Shown here one piece after another: positions 39,285 to 48,268 of a DNA stretch of 64,000 nucleotides (positions within the stretch are counted from its first letter, which is position 1; every line of letters begins with the position of its first letter). Origin of the DNA: an uncultured virus (IMG/VR IMGVR_UViG_3300025276_000028) (lineage: Duplodnaviria; Heunggongvirae; Uroviricota; Caudoviricetes); IMG/VR virus record IMGVR_UViG_3300025276_000028; one strand, given 5' to 3'. The translations under genes were made by a program, and so were the position numbers. The notes under the pieces were generated by a model, which was given only the letters and a program-made list of their open reading frames with translations, was not told the DNA's origin and made no database searches.

Positions 39285-40362
39285 ATAGTTCACTTCCACC
39301 TTGCTGTAAGTCTATAGAATATCCATAGTCCTGGTTTAATCTTAACTCGACATAACCTTCTTCGTTATCTATGTCGCGTCTCTTAAATACCCAATTGGGT
39401 TCTTCGTTCTCAAGGGTTATTCCTGTCACTTCGTCATGACCGTATACAGTCTTATCCTGCCCCAGGTATCTTTTATTTTGCGATAATAATACGTCGTTTA
39501 TTAGCCTACTTAATTGAAAGTTTAGTTGATCTAATAGGTTACGCAACAAATCACCAAGGAGAAATTGTGTATTGTCTAATGAAGATACCCAAAGGCTTTC
39601 CGTTGTTTCTAGCTCGTCCTCATCAAGTCCATCGTATTTCAAGAAGTCTACATTTAGAAAATCTGCAGTTTTATTCAGTTCCGCAATTTGTTCTGCTTCT
39701 TCGTAGTATGGATTAACCTTTCTAAGTATAAGAAGACTGTTAATCATGTCTTCGTCAAGATCAAGTATTAAAGGTCTCGTCGGTGCCGCAACGCTTGTAG
39801 TTGTTATCGTAGCCTGAAATGCCTTATTGAGTAGCACATAACCTGCATCCGTTTCTACTGAGATCTCACCAACAAAACACATTCCGGAAGTATCGCAAGA
39901 TGGCAGTAACGTAATCATCGATCCGCCTATCTCGTCCACAACCATAATAAAGTCAGTGCCACGAACACCAATAGTTGCAGAAGGTGTTCGTATCTTAACG
40001 TTTTGCCGTGAGTTCTTTGCTATCTGTCCTGATGCATAACGTATAGTTCCAAGGCTAGCTTTCAATCCTAATGAACCTTTCCCTGTTTCAGCATCATATA
40101 CAAAGTCATCTATTATTAGACGAGAGTGCTCTGTTATGTCAACGCGGGTTTCATCTATGAACTCAATCCGCATATTAGCATTAGCAGTCACCGCAGTGTC
40201 GAGCATCTCTATTGATCCTCCTTCCTCTGCAGTTTCAGCATCCTCGCCTCGTTCAATAGCACCTGAACCAGAGATCATTGAAATCTGGCCTATTGAATCA
40301 CCATACGCATTAATAGATAATAATACACTAATCACGCTGAATAATATTAATCGCATGTCCAT
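39226..40362 (-). CDS. Periplasmic FecR-domain protein
   Basis: Signal peptide; D...T......I.F.D.T.V.I.EHS.L.IDDFVYD, GTIRY.SG.I.K, V.I.TPSATIGVRGTDF. Confidence 0.85.
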   Translation of the reverse strand: MDMRLILFSVISVLLSINAYGDSIGQISMISGSGAIERGEDAETAEEGGSIEMLDTAVTANANMRIEFIDETRVDITEHSRLIIDDFVYDAETGKGSLGLKASLGTIRYASGQIAKNSRQNVKIRTPSATIGVRGTDFIMVVDEIGGSMITLLPSCDTSGMCFVGEISVETDAGYVLLNKAFQATITTTSVAAPTRPLILDLDEDMINSLLILRKVNPYYEEAEQIAELNKTADFLNVDFLKYDGLDEDELETTESLWVSSLDNTQFLLGDLLRNLLDQLNFQLSRLINDVLLSQNKRYLGQDKTVYGHDEVTGITLENEEPNWVFKRRDIDNEEGYVELRLNQDYGYSIDLQQGGSELYDYTLGNDNSNYISIIQAN

Positions 40363-41044
40363 CGCCGTTTGTAGTTAGGTCTATCAGATTGTCATTTATG
40401 CCAGACTGATTAAGTACTACTACGTGTCCCCTACCGGTTGCAGCGAACGTCATAGTATGTCCTATAATATCACCATTACCTGCCACGTCAATATCAAGCG
40501 ATGAGTTAGCGCTTGCACTACTTGAAGATCCGGCAATGGTGACAGTTACAACCGCACTCGTACCTTCTATATCAGTAGCTATCACGTTATTGGAATCAGT
40601 GACTGTAAAGTTTACTATCGCACCTGCCGCACTTGCACTCTGTCCTATGTTAATAGTATACGCTTGAGCATTGCCAACCGCAGTTATATTGAGTGTTACT
40701 GTACCGCAGTTTGCTGCAGAACTTGACGAACATAATAATGCAACAGCGTTATTATTACCGGTAAACGCCCACGTTCCGGTGTATGTGGCACCTAAAATTT
40801 GTGCGGTAATTGAGTTAGTATTACCGGTTTGAGTAATATTAAACGTCATTGAGTCTGAGGCATTACCCTGTGACCCAAGGACTACGTCCTGTGATGACGT
40901 ACCGATTGTATTGTTTTGACCATCCTGCACTATATCAAGATCTAAAGTATCGCCCACTTGTGCTATGTAAATATCGTTTGCTAAGACGATACTAGTTATT
41001 AAGGATAGTACTACACCAAAATAATATTTCTTCATACATTTCAT
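40328..41044 (-). CDS. Secreted curlin-repeat-like protein A
   Basis: Signal peptide then ANDIYIAQVG; QDGQNN, QTGNTN, FTGNNN, QSGIND repeats. Confidence 0.7.
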   Translation of the reverse strand: MKCMKKYYFGVVLSLITSIVLANDIYIAQVGDTLDLDIVQDGQNNTIGTSSQDVVLGSQGNASDSMTFNITQTGNTNSITAQILGATYTGTWAFTGNNNAVALLCSSSSAANCGTVTLNITAVGNAQAYTINIGQSASAAGAIVNFTVTDSNNVIATDIEGTSAVVTVTIAGSSSSASANSSLDIDVAGNGDIIGHTMTFAATGRGHVVVLNQSGINDNLIDLTTNGDGHAINIIQRD

Positions 41045-41056
41045 TCTACCTCTTTG

Positions 41057-41221
41057 TTACCAGAACTTAACTTTTTTACCGACCCATTTAGCACCGCTCA
41101 CACCTTTATTATAACCGTTTACATGGAAGTCCTTGACGACAACCCATTGAGTGCTTAAGGCGGATGTTGTAGTACCCCATGCCTTGTTACCAGCGTCTTT
41201 ACCTTTATTCCAAATACCCAT
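41057..41221 (-). CDS. 54-aa Lys/Gly/Trp-rich peptide (not in ORF track)
   Basis: GGAG RBS; MGIWNKGKDAGNKAWG...AKWVGKKVKFW; fills the gap between csgG and curlin A. Confidence 0.55.
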   Translation of the reverse strand: MGIWNKGKDAGNKAWGTTTSALSTQWVVVKDFHVNGYNKGVSGAKWVGKKVKFW

Positions 41222-41235
41222 ATTATTCTCCTAAG

Positions 41236-42039
41236 TTAAATTTTATTGGTGACGAACTTCCACAACTGTTTCCGTTCTCCCTCTCGAATTATCTCTATGA
41301 CACCTGCTTCTACTGCAGCCCTCACCGCATAATTTACTGGTTCGTTCCTACTATAACCCATTTCGGCTTCGATTACTTTAGTTCCCATATCGAGGAACTT
41401 AAAGACGTCAGTGCTCGAGCGATGGGATGATATTGTCTTCTCTGTAGCAACACTTAACAATACCTTACCAGTTGACACACTCACAAGTCTCATTACGATC
41501 GTGACTGTATCAGTTCTATATTCCTTTGTGGCTCCAATGCCTAAATAACGTGCACCAGTTCCACCTACAAGTGTATCGGAATCATATCCAATAATACCAC
41601 CTTCTAATATAAGCCCAGCGAATGTCATTGGCTTTAATGGTGTCGGTCCATTCTTTAGGTTTTTCTCATATACTTCTCGTGTATTACGTACTAGCTGGCG
41701 TTCCTTAACCAGATTATCTAATCCGATTCTTTCTACAACTTCGAACCATGTACCATTGCCTACTTCCTGTAGAGCTTTAATAACCCATACTTCGGATCCT
41801 TGTGTGACTGCAGAAGATAAGCTCGAGCCAATCTCGGATGACTTTCTCTGGCCAGTCTTATCGGTAAAACTATAAACAGCAATTGTCATCTTTTTGCCGT
41901 CTAGTTCTTCCATGTTTTCCAACTCACCACCAAGAGGCGATGACTGAGCAATCGGAGGAATAGGATCGTTCAGCCAGTTGCCGAATGTTGAACAGGCCCC
42001 TAATAATAAACATAAAATAGATGTTATAATAATTTTCAT
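41236..42039 (-). CDS. csgG: Curli secretion pore lipoprotein, CsgG/HfaB family
   Basis: Lipobox LGAC; AVYSF.DKTGQRK, S.AVTQG, WF.VVER.GLDNL.KERQ, EGGIIGYD, GARYLGIG, NEPV..AV..A.E. Confidence 0.92.
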   Translation of the reverse strand: MKIIITSILCLLLGACSTFGNWLNDPIPPIAQSSPLGGELENMEELDGKKMTIAVYSFTDKTGQRKSSEIGSSLSSAVTQGSEVWVIKALQEVGNGTWFEVVERIGLDNLVKERQLVRNTREVYEKNLKNGPTPLKPMTFAGLILEGGIIGYDSDTLVGGTGARYLGIGATKEYRTDTVTIVMRLVSVSTGKVLLSVATEKTISSHRSSTDVFKFLDMGTKVIEAEMGYSRNEPVNYAVRAAVEAGVIEIIREGERKQLWKFVTNKI

Positions 42040-42044
42040 AAGTA

Positions 42045-42073
42045 TGTACAAATGCCTCAAACTATGATATAAT
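42045..42073 (+). promoter_or_regulatory. Sigma70-like promoter antisense to csgF
   Basis: TGTACA-N17-TATAAT inside a minus-strand operon. Confidence 0.7.
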
Positions 42074-42094
42074 AAGACTGTTGTCTGCTAAGGG

Positions 42095-42559
42095 TTAGAA
42101 TGTAAATTCACCTGCACCCGGTATAGTTATTGTAGTGGTACTATCATCATTAGATATATTAAGAGTTATCTCACCTGTAATAGGATCCTTCTTCCATGCT
42201 ATAAGACTGCCTTCTATCTCTGCTGAGCCGCTTCCTGCACAATCTTCTACGCATTCGGCAAACATAGAATCCACCATCTGTTTAGATAATGTGGCATATA
42301 TACGAGATTCAAGGTTCTTAATGAATTTATTTAATGTAGTACTTGCTAGTGCTCTTTCAAGTCGTTTCTGTTCTGACGCTATAGCACCTGCTTTGTCTTC
42401 TTCTCTATTAAATTGTAGTTGCTCAATACTTAACACATGTGAACTATAGCCAATGCCAGTGAATGAAGGATTCTTAAAACGATAAGACATTCCTGCATCG
42501 ACAGTATTAATGTAAGTCAGAAGTATTATCAGCGCTATCGGTACCAGGTAGCTCTTCAT
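42095..42559 (-). CDS. csgF: Curli assembly protein CsgF homologue
   Basis: Signal peptide then MSYRFKNPSF.G (compare CsgF F.NP.FGG); F...LESR....LS..; C-terminal TTITIP; adjacent to csgG. Confidence 0.8.
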   Translation of the reverse strand: MKSYLVPIALIILLTYINTVDAGMSYRFKNPSFTGIGYSSHVLSIEQLQFNREEDKAGAIASEQKRLERALASTTLNKFIKNLESRIYATLSKQMVDSMFAECVEDCAGSGSAEIEGSLIAWKKDPITGEITLNISNDDSTTTITIPGAGEFTF

Positions 42560-42791
42560 TATCTTTTTCCTGTTGTCGAATAACCATATCTAGTTTAGTA
42601 TTAAGGCGTATAAGATCATTGTCTAACATACGTATTCTATCAATCAATCCTATCAATGTCATATGGGACTCTGATACAACCGGATCAACTTCTTCGGTTA
42701 CCCATGTCCATATATGATAGATGAAATAACCGAGGCCACATGCTGCAATAATAGGAAAGCCATATTGACTAATCGCTGATGCTATATCCAT
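42507..42791 (-). CDS. Small membrane protein, YvrJ-like N-terminus
   Basis: ISQYGFPIIAA TM helix plus coiled coil; paralogue of the upstream gene. Confidence 0.65.
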   Translation of the reverse strand: MDIASAISQYGFPIIAACGLGYFIYHIWTWVTEEVDPVVSESHMTLIGLIDRIRMLDNDLIRLNTKLDMVIRQQEKDNEELPGTDSADNTSDLH

Positions 42792-43069
42792 TAATCCTTC
42801 CTCGCATCCTTTTGGCCATCAGCCCTAGCAATCCTATCATAGTCAGGTCTAATATTAAATGCCTGGCACATTTTAACGTCAATTCGTATGAGCTCGTTGT
42901 TCATAGTCTTAACTCTATTATCAAGTGCAACGGCAAACATACGTTGTGTCTTTATGTCATCAAGCACACCAGCAAGGATAAACTTTAAAGTCGTGAATAC
43001 AAAGAACCCACCGCCAAGTGCTGCAGCAATAGGAAATCCAACATCAGATATTAATTGCAAAAAGTCCAT
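42791..43069 (-). CDS. Small membrane protein, YvrJ-like N-terminus
   Basis: ISDVGFPIAAA TM helix; L..R...M.N.LIR.D.K shared with its neighbour. Confidence 0.65.
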   Translation of the reverse strand: MDFLQLISDVGFPIAAALGGGFFVFTTLKFILAGVLDDIKTQRMFAVALDNRVKTMNNELIRIDVKMCQAFNIRPDYDRIARADGQKDARKD

Positions 43070-43095
43070 AGTCTATCCTAATATGTTAATACCTA

Positions 43096-43103
43096 TATTT
43101 ATA
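43096..43103 (-). promoter_or_regulatory. T4-type late promoter driving the csg/cyclase operon
   Basis: TATTTATA on plus equals TATAAATA on minus, 26 nt before the first ATG. Confidence 0.75.
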
Positions 43104-43178
43104 ATTTATTGAATACCAGCATGTGATACGCTTATTCCGGAAGGTTATATGCTATAACAAAATAGTATAAAAACAAAG

Positions 43179-43207
43179 TGTACAAAGCGGGTATTATATG
43201 GTATAAT
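43179..43207 (+). promoter_or_regulatory. Early promoter
   Basis: TGTACA-N17-TATAAT preceded by tandem palindromic boxes. Confidence 0.75.
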
Positions 43208-43239
43208 AGATCTATCAAATAAAGAAATAAGAGAAACTT

Positions 43240-43611
43240 ATGAGCGTGACATTTTTTAATAGAGAAGACTTTCAGTACCATGGCGGATTCCTAATGTACA
43301 CTGCAGAATATCCTGGTCGTCCAGTTTATGAAGACACCCCAGGCACACATCCTTCGCGTGTCGGTACTGGCCGTGATTTGTTTATCGCACGCTTTAAGCG
43401 CAACTATGGAGTTGTCACTAAGGCAAATTTTCTTACAGAATTAATCAAGAACCATACAGTAGAATCTTACACAAAGGCTATTGACGAAAAATGGGCACCT
43501 GTCCAAATTCTTGAAAACGTAAATCCAGCATGGATGCGTCGTATACAGCAAGCTGCAGATCAAAGAAAAGCAACTGCTGTTATGGACATATCTTGGGATA
43601 ATCAACTTTAA
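43240..43611 (+). CDS. Hypothetical early protein
   Basis: F.YHGG.L.Y, FIARFK; follows promoter. Confidence 0.65.
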   Translation: MSVTFFNREDFQYHGGFLMYTAEYPGRPVYEDTPGTHPSRVGTGRDLFIARFKRNYGVVTKANFLTELIKNHTVESYTKAIDEKWAPVQILENVNPAWMRRIQQAADQRKATAVMDISWDNQL

Positions 43612-43934
43612 TGTCAGCTACGAGAAGGCAAAAAGCAACGCGGGCTGCGAATCAAAAGCGTATTGCTGATGATTTACAGCGTGCTAGTGCAATGAAGCCA
43701 GTTAAAGTTAAGCTAAGGCCTGGATATGCAGGCAGGCTTGCAATGAAGAAATACGTTCCTAACGACATCGTATATCCAAGTGTAGAATCTGTCGGAGCTA
43801 TCAATGTTTCTAAGCCAGGCAAAAAGATCTATACAGGTGATGTTGTTCTAGGTATTGCAACTATGCATAAGAGCAATGCAGTTCCTGTAATAAGCCAGCA
43901 AGAAGCACAAGAAATAGCTAGAATGAGTCAATAA
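43611..43934 (+). CDS. Conserved hypothetical protein
   Basis: YTG....GIATMHKSNAVPV motif recurrent in T4-like phages. Confidence 0.65.
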   Translation: MSATRRQKATRAANQKRIADDLQRASAMKPVKVKLRPGYAGRLAMKKYVPNDIVYPSVESVGAINVSKPGKKIYTGDVVLGIATMHKSNAVPVISQQEAQEIARMSQ

Positions 43935-44007
43935 AATCATTAAAGCAATAAATAACTAACTGACTATGTACGGCGAGTTGTTATGAACACGAATGAGGTG
44001 GTTAAAC

Positions 44008-45111
44008 ATGATTGAAGCACTAGATACATTGTACAAGAGGGACACGACTGGAAAGATCCGGTGTTGGACCGCACAATTTGAGAATGATAAGTGGCGTGTG
44101 GTCTCCGGTATTCTTGACGGCAAATTAGTTGTCTCTGAATGGCGAACAGCCAAACCGAAGAACGTAGGTAGGAAGAATGAGAAGAACGAAAACGAACAGG
44201 CAATTGCGGAGTCAAATGCACAGCATAAGAAACAACTTGAAAAGGGCTATTTTATACACCTTAGGGATATTGATGACCTTACTAGTTTTAAACCTATGCT
44301 TGCTCACGATTATGCTAAACTAAAAAAGCCTTTAAAATTCCCTGTAATATCCCAGCCTAAATTAGACGGCATACGTTGTATAGCAAAGGCGAGTGGTTTG
44401 TGGTCTCGTTCAGGAAAGCCCCATATGGCTATTCCTCATATATGGGAAGTACTAGCTCCTATATTTGAGGAATTCCCTGATCTTGTTTTAGATGGAGAAT
44501 TATATAATCATGACCTCAAAGATGATTTCAATAAAATAGTTTCATTGGTACGTAAGTCTAAGCCAAGTGAAGAAGACTTAATAGAATCAAAGAAGCTAGT
44601 ACAGTTTCATGTCTATGATACCGGAAACGATGGCATATTTCAAGTTCGCCAAACGGTATACATTGGCATCGTAAGAGCTATTGGTAAGTGCTGCATTCAA
44701 CGTGTACCTTGTTCGTACATTGAGAATCAGGATGAACTAAACGGCGTCTATGGAGAATATATTAAATGCGGATACGAAGGTCAAATGATTCGTATCAATG
44801 GTGAGTATCAGAACAAACGTTCAAAGAATTTATTAAAGCGTAAAGAGTTTATCACCGAAGAGTTTAAAGTTTTAGGTATAGAGGAAGGTCAAGGTAATTG
44901 GAAGAATTGTGTCAAGCGATTTAACCTACAGACTGCAGAGGGACTAATGTTCAACGCAGGTGTTCGTGGTAATATGGATGAATTAAGTAAGCTACTCCTA
45001 ACAGATACGACACCGACATGGGCAACTCTACGCTATTTTGAAATATCAGTTGATGGTATACCAAGATTTCCAGTCGTAATCGATTATGGCACATCAGAAA
45101 GAGATGATTAG
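44008..45111 (+). CDS. ATP-dependent DNA ligase
   Basis: QPKLDGIRC (KxDG), LDGELY, YEGQMIR, KRSKNLLK.K, PRFP. Confidence 0.92.
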   Translation: MIEALDTLYKRDTTGKIRCWTAQFENDKWRVVSGILDGKLVVSEWRTAKPKNVGRKNEKNENEQAIAESNAQHKKQLEKGYFIHLRDIDDLTSFKPMLAHDYAKLKKPLKFPVISQPKLDGIRCIAKASGLWSRSGKPHMAIPHIWEVLAPIFEEFPDLVLDGELYNHDLKDDFNKIVSLVRKSKPSEEDLIESKKLVQFHVYDTGNDGIFQVRQTVYIGIVRAIGKCCIQRVPCSYIENQDELNGVYGEYIKCGYEGQMIRINGEYQNKRSKNLLKRKEFITEEFKVLGIEEGQGNWKNCVKRFNLQTAEGLMFNAGVRGNMDELSKLLLTDTTPTWATLRYFEISVDGIPRFPVVIDYGTSERDD

Positions 45112-45138
45112 TATTTACAATTCTTTACAAAAAGACTG

Positions 45139-45167
45139 TGTACATTTTGTATGTGGTGTGGTATAAT
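45139..45167 (+). promoter_or_regulatory. Early promoter
   Basis: TGTACA-N17-TATAAT. Confidence 0.75.
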
Positions 45168-45200
45168 ACTATATACGAATTGAGAAAAACAGGAAATATT

Positions 45201-45919
45201 ATGGATCATCAAGCAATACTTATGTCTGTACGCGAGATCGAGGCAACTGGAATATTTGAAGCAGGTCTATGGGTAACCCTCGGATACTGTTTTGTTTTTA
45301 CAATAATTTTATTTAAACAAGGATCTTTATAATGCCATTTATACCTATCGAGCTTGAACCTAGTGTTATTAAACTGCCTGAAGGTTATGAAAGAATGTTT
45401 TGTGATATGGATTCATTAAAATCGTATATGATTTCACGCATGACGTACGAGGCAGAATTAGTCATTCGAAATGGCGTGGTAACTCAGATGAAGGACATGG
45501 AATTTTATGAAGTTAAAGCCAGAACGTAAAATTATGGCACTTGCCATTGAAGAAGGTGTGAGTACAGGCTTGTACGAAGCATTTAAAGACTATAGCGATG
45601 AGCTAGAAATATTAGACGGTGAGAATGATCTAAAACATATTATCTCTATAATATCTGACTCAGTGTTAAAGTCAATAGAAGAGCAGTTTAAACTTGAAGG
45701 ATGATGTATATGACAGTAGTATCAAAATGGTTTCGGAGACCAACAGTAAGTCAGGCAGTTGCATTAGTTATTGCTAGCACAGCTTTTACGAGTATCGTAA
45801 TATCGGCTGTAGTGTCAGGTGACGTGTACGGTCTAATTAAAAGTATTGCAGTACCCATTGCAGCGATGTGGACTATATGGCATGTCGTTAGTTATTTAGT
45901 GGATAGTGATTTAGTTTAA
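45201..45919 (+). other. Four small hypothetical genes, two with TM segments
   Basis: Coupled ORFs at 45201, 45332, 45507 and 45701. Confidence 0.55.
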
Positions 45920-45930
45920 GGCGAGAGTAT

Positions 45931-46482
45931 ATGAACATATTCATATTAGATAACGATCCAATTGTGGCAGCACAGTTACAGTGCGATAAGCACGTTGTAA
46001 AGATGATCGTAGAATCTGCACAAATGTTATCAACAGTCCATCGTATGTTAGATGGCGGCATGGAACGTAGGCTTTCTAAAGGAGGATCTAATATTCAGTA
46101 CTGGCGACTAGATGATTATCGCGAAGGCATTCTATATAAAGCATGTCACTTTAATCATCCTAGTACTGTATGGACCCGCGAATCTATTGCAAATTACAAT
46201 TGGCACTATGATCACTTCAAGGCGCTTTGCCTAGAATATACATATAGATATGGAAAAGTTCATATGACTCAAGTTAAGTTACTTGAAGAATTAGCAACTC
46301 CACCAAGGAATATTTCACAAGGTGGTCTTACGCCATTCAAATTGGCGATGTCTTCAAACCCCGAATGCATATTTACAGATGCGATTAAGTCGTATCGTGC
46401 ATTCTACAAAACAAAACAAGAGAGGTTCAAGATGGTTTGGACTGGCCGAGAAATACCACAATGGTTTGGAGAAGCAGCATGA
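45931..46482 (+). CDS. Pyrimidine-dimer DNA glycosylase / DenV-like family protein
   Basis: MNIF.LD.DP..AA...CDKHVVKMI.ESAQMLST.H, H.NHPS..W.R, EY..RYGK.H. Confidence 0.75.
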   Translation: MNIFILDNDPIVAAQLQCDKHVVKMIVESAQMLSTVHRMLDGGMERRLSKGGSNIQYWRLDDYREGILYKACHFNHPSTVWTRESIANYNWHYDHFKALCLEYTYRYGKVHMTQVKLLEELATPPRNISQGGLTPFKLAMSSNPECIFTDAIKSYRAFYKTKQERFKMVWTGREIPQWFGEAA

Positions 46483-46982
46483 ATAGAATTAAAGATGATG
46501 AAGAAGTTTACACATTGACCGATGTTGATATGGGCATTAATGAAGCGGATTTAGCTCTTACTGTTAGTACAGAAGCTGCTCCTATCTCAGATTTAAAATT
46601 CACTACAGCTGCACAGTATATGCAGCAAGGTTGGAGAGAGCAGGTGCCTGATCAGGGAATGGATACTGAGCCATTGGCTAATATTCCAAGTACTCATTAT
46701 CCATCAGACGACCTTGTGCAAAGCGCTCTAGATTTTGATCTTGGTTATATTGGTAAAGATGATCCAGCTTTATCAGAGTCTGCAGACATTAATGTGGATG
46801 CACAGATACAATTAATCAATGGCGGAATAGACTACCTTATTCATAATATGAAAGGTGAACTTGATCTATCAGATAATAATCTTGGTAGATCAGCTCATTA
46901 TGTGAATTTAACAGACGATCAAGCGAAATGGCTGTTTCATTTTGGTTGTATTAATGCATATAAGAAAGGCAACGGATTATGA
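46479..46982 (+). CDS. Acidic hypothetical protein
   Basis: GGAG RBS, ATGA overlap. Confidence 0.55.
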   Translation: MNRIKDDEEVYTLTDVDMGINEADLALTVSTEAAPISDLKFTTAAQYMQQGWREQVPDQGMDTEPLANIPSTHYPSDDLVQSALDFDLGYIGKDDPALSESADINVDAQIQLINGGIDYLIHNMKGELDLSDNNLGRSAHYVNLTDDQAKWLFHFGCINAYKKGNGL

Positions 46983-47176
46983 ATATGAAGAATAATACAA
47001 AAGAAGCAAATATTGGACTTGCATTAGTTTTTGTAATAACTCTGGCTTCTGTTGTAACTAAGCTAGCTGGCAGTAATTCGTTATCATGGTTCTGGGTGTT
47101 TTCTCCTGTATGGATCTATGTATTATCGATTAGTTCTATCGTTCTTCTAGTGCTGTACATGAAGAGAAATGGCTAA
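46979..47176 (+). CDS. Small two-TM membrane protein
   Basis: KL.G....SWFWVFSP.W motif. Confidence 0.55.
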   Translation: MNMKNNTKEANIGLALVFVITLASVVTKLAGSNSLSWFWVFSPVWIYVLSISSIVLLVLYMKRNG

Positions 47177-47366
47177 TTCAAACATATATGATGCAACGCC
47201 TTACAATAGGCATACCATATATAAAGGTACTGACGTATACGATTGCCTCGCTTGTGGTAAAATGTATACGTCTCTACTTATAGATAAACACCTTCTTCAA
47301 TGCCCTAAAATGGATGAGCACATTGCAAGGTTAATTGAGTCACAAAACTCCGAGGAATATGATTAA
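47169..47366 (+). CDS. Small C2HC zinc-finger protein
   Basis: CLACGK....HLLQC. Confidence 0.5.
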   Translation: MANSNIYDATPYNRHTIYKGTDVYDCLACGKMYTSLLIDKHLLQCPKMDEHIARLIESQNSEEYD

Positions 47367-47371
47367 ATAAT

Positions 47372-47410
47372 TATAAATAGTTGTACATACAGCACTATAT
47401 ATGATATAAT
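47372..47410 (+). promoter_or_regulatory. Tandem late and early promoters for the ferredoxin
   Basis: TATAAATA at 47372; TGTACA-N17-TATAAT at 47382-47410. Confidence 0.7.
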
Positions 47411-47438
47411 AGCTATATGAATTACTAAGAGGGGAGAC

Positions 47439-47687
47439 ATGTCTTTAATAATTACCGACGATTGCATTAATTGCGATATATGTCTCCACGAGTGCCCTAA
47501 CGATGCTATATCCGAAGGGCAAGAAATATACGAGATTGACAAAGATAAGTGTACTGAATGTGTAGGTCATTTTGACGAGCCTCAGTGTGTTGAAGTATGT
47601 CCGGTTGACTGTATACCGAAAAACCCGCATAATGTAGAAACACACGATCAACTAATGGATAAGTTTGTTCTACTGACTGCAGCCTGA
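47439..47687 (+). CDS. 2[4Fe-4S] ferredoxin, YfhL family
   Basis: CINCDIC...CP and CTECVGHFDEPQCVEVCPVDCI. Confidence 0.93.
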   Translation: MSLIITDDCINCDICLHECPNDAISEGQEIYEIDKDKCTECVGHFDEPQCVEVCPVDCIPKNPHNVETHDQLMDKFVLLTAA

Positions 47688-47697
47688 GGAAATAATT

Positions 47698-48201
47698 ATG
47701 TATTTTATGCTCATAGCAATGATTATACATGCTTCAGAAACAGTGCCTCTTCCAAGAGTAGTGCAGCAGTATAAGTCGCTTGATCTTTGTAGACAAGCGC
47801 TTATACAGATTGCTGAAGATCCTGGCCAAGAGAAAATCATAAGTAAAGTATTTGGTTATACTGTTATAAGCAAAAATGAAAAAGTTAGCACAGTAGCTTT
47901 TTGTGTTAAAGATACCAGAAGTATTTAATGGGAATAATCCCTCAATGAAAGGAAGTATATAATGCAAGCACAAGATCGAATTGACGCACTAAAAGAAGCA
48001 AATAAAATGTTGCGTAAAGTAATGAGCTGGAAAAATGGTAAGCGTACAATGGTAAATGTACATACTAATCACCAGAAGAATATGGTCGACATGCGTGTGG
48101 AAGCACGTACTATATGGGGTTCACCAGATGCACCTATCCGAGACCATACCAGCAAAAAGAGGACTAGTAGTAACGATACTGCAGCACCTGCAACTGTATA
48201 A
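47698..48201 (+). other. Two small hypothetical genes (47698-47928, 47962-48201)
   Basis: Each has a GAGG/AAGGA RBS. Confidence 0.55.
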
Positions 48202-48209
48202 AATAAAGT

Positions 48210-48238
48210 TGTACAATGGCGTGGAATCGTGTTATAAT
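48210..48238 (+). promoter_or_regulatory. Early/middle promoter for gp43
   Basis: TGTACA-N17-TATAAT. Confidence 0.75.
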
Positions 48239-48268
48239 AATATATTATGCATCAAGTGAGGAGTACCT

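Noticed and set aside
39226..39299. Frameshifted FecR-curlin fusion
   Set aside because: The downstream ORF has its own Met, hydrophobic signal-like segment and a mature start parallel to curlin A, so two overlapping genes is simpler
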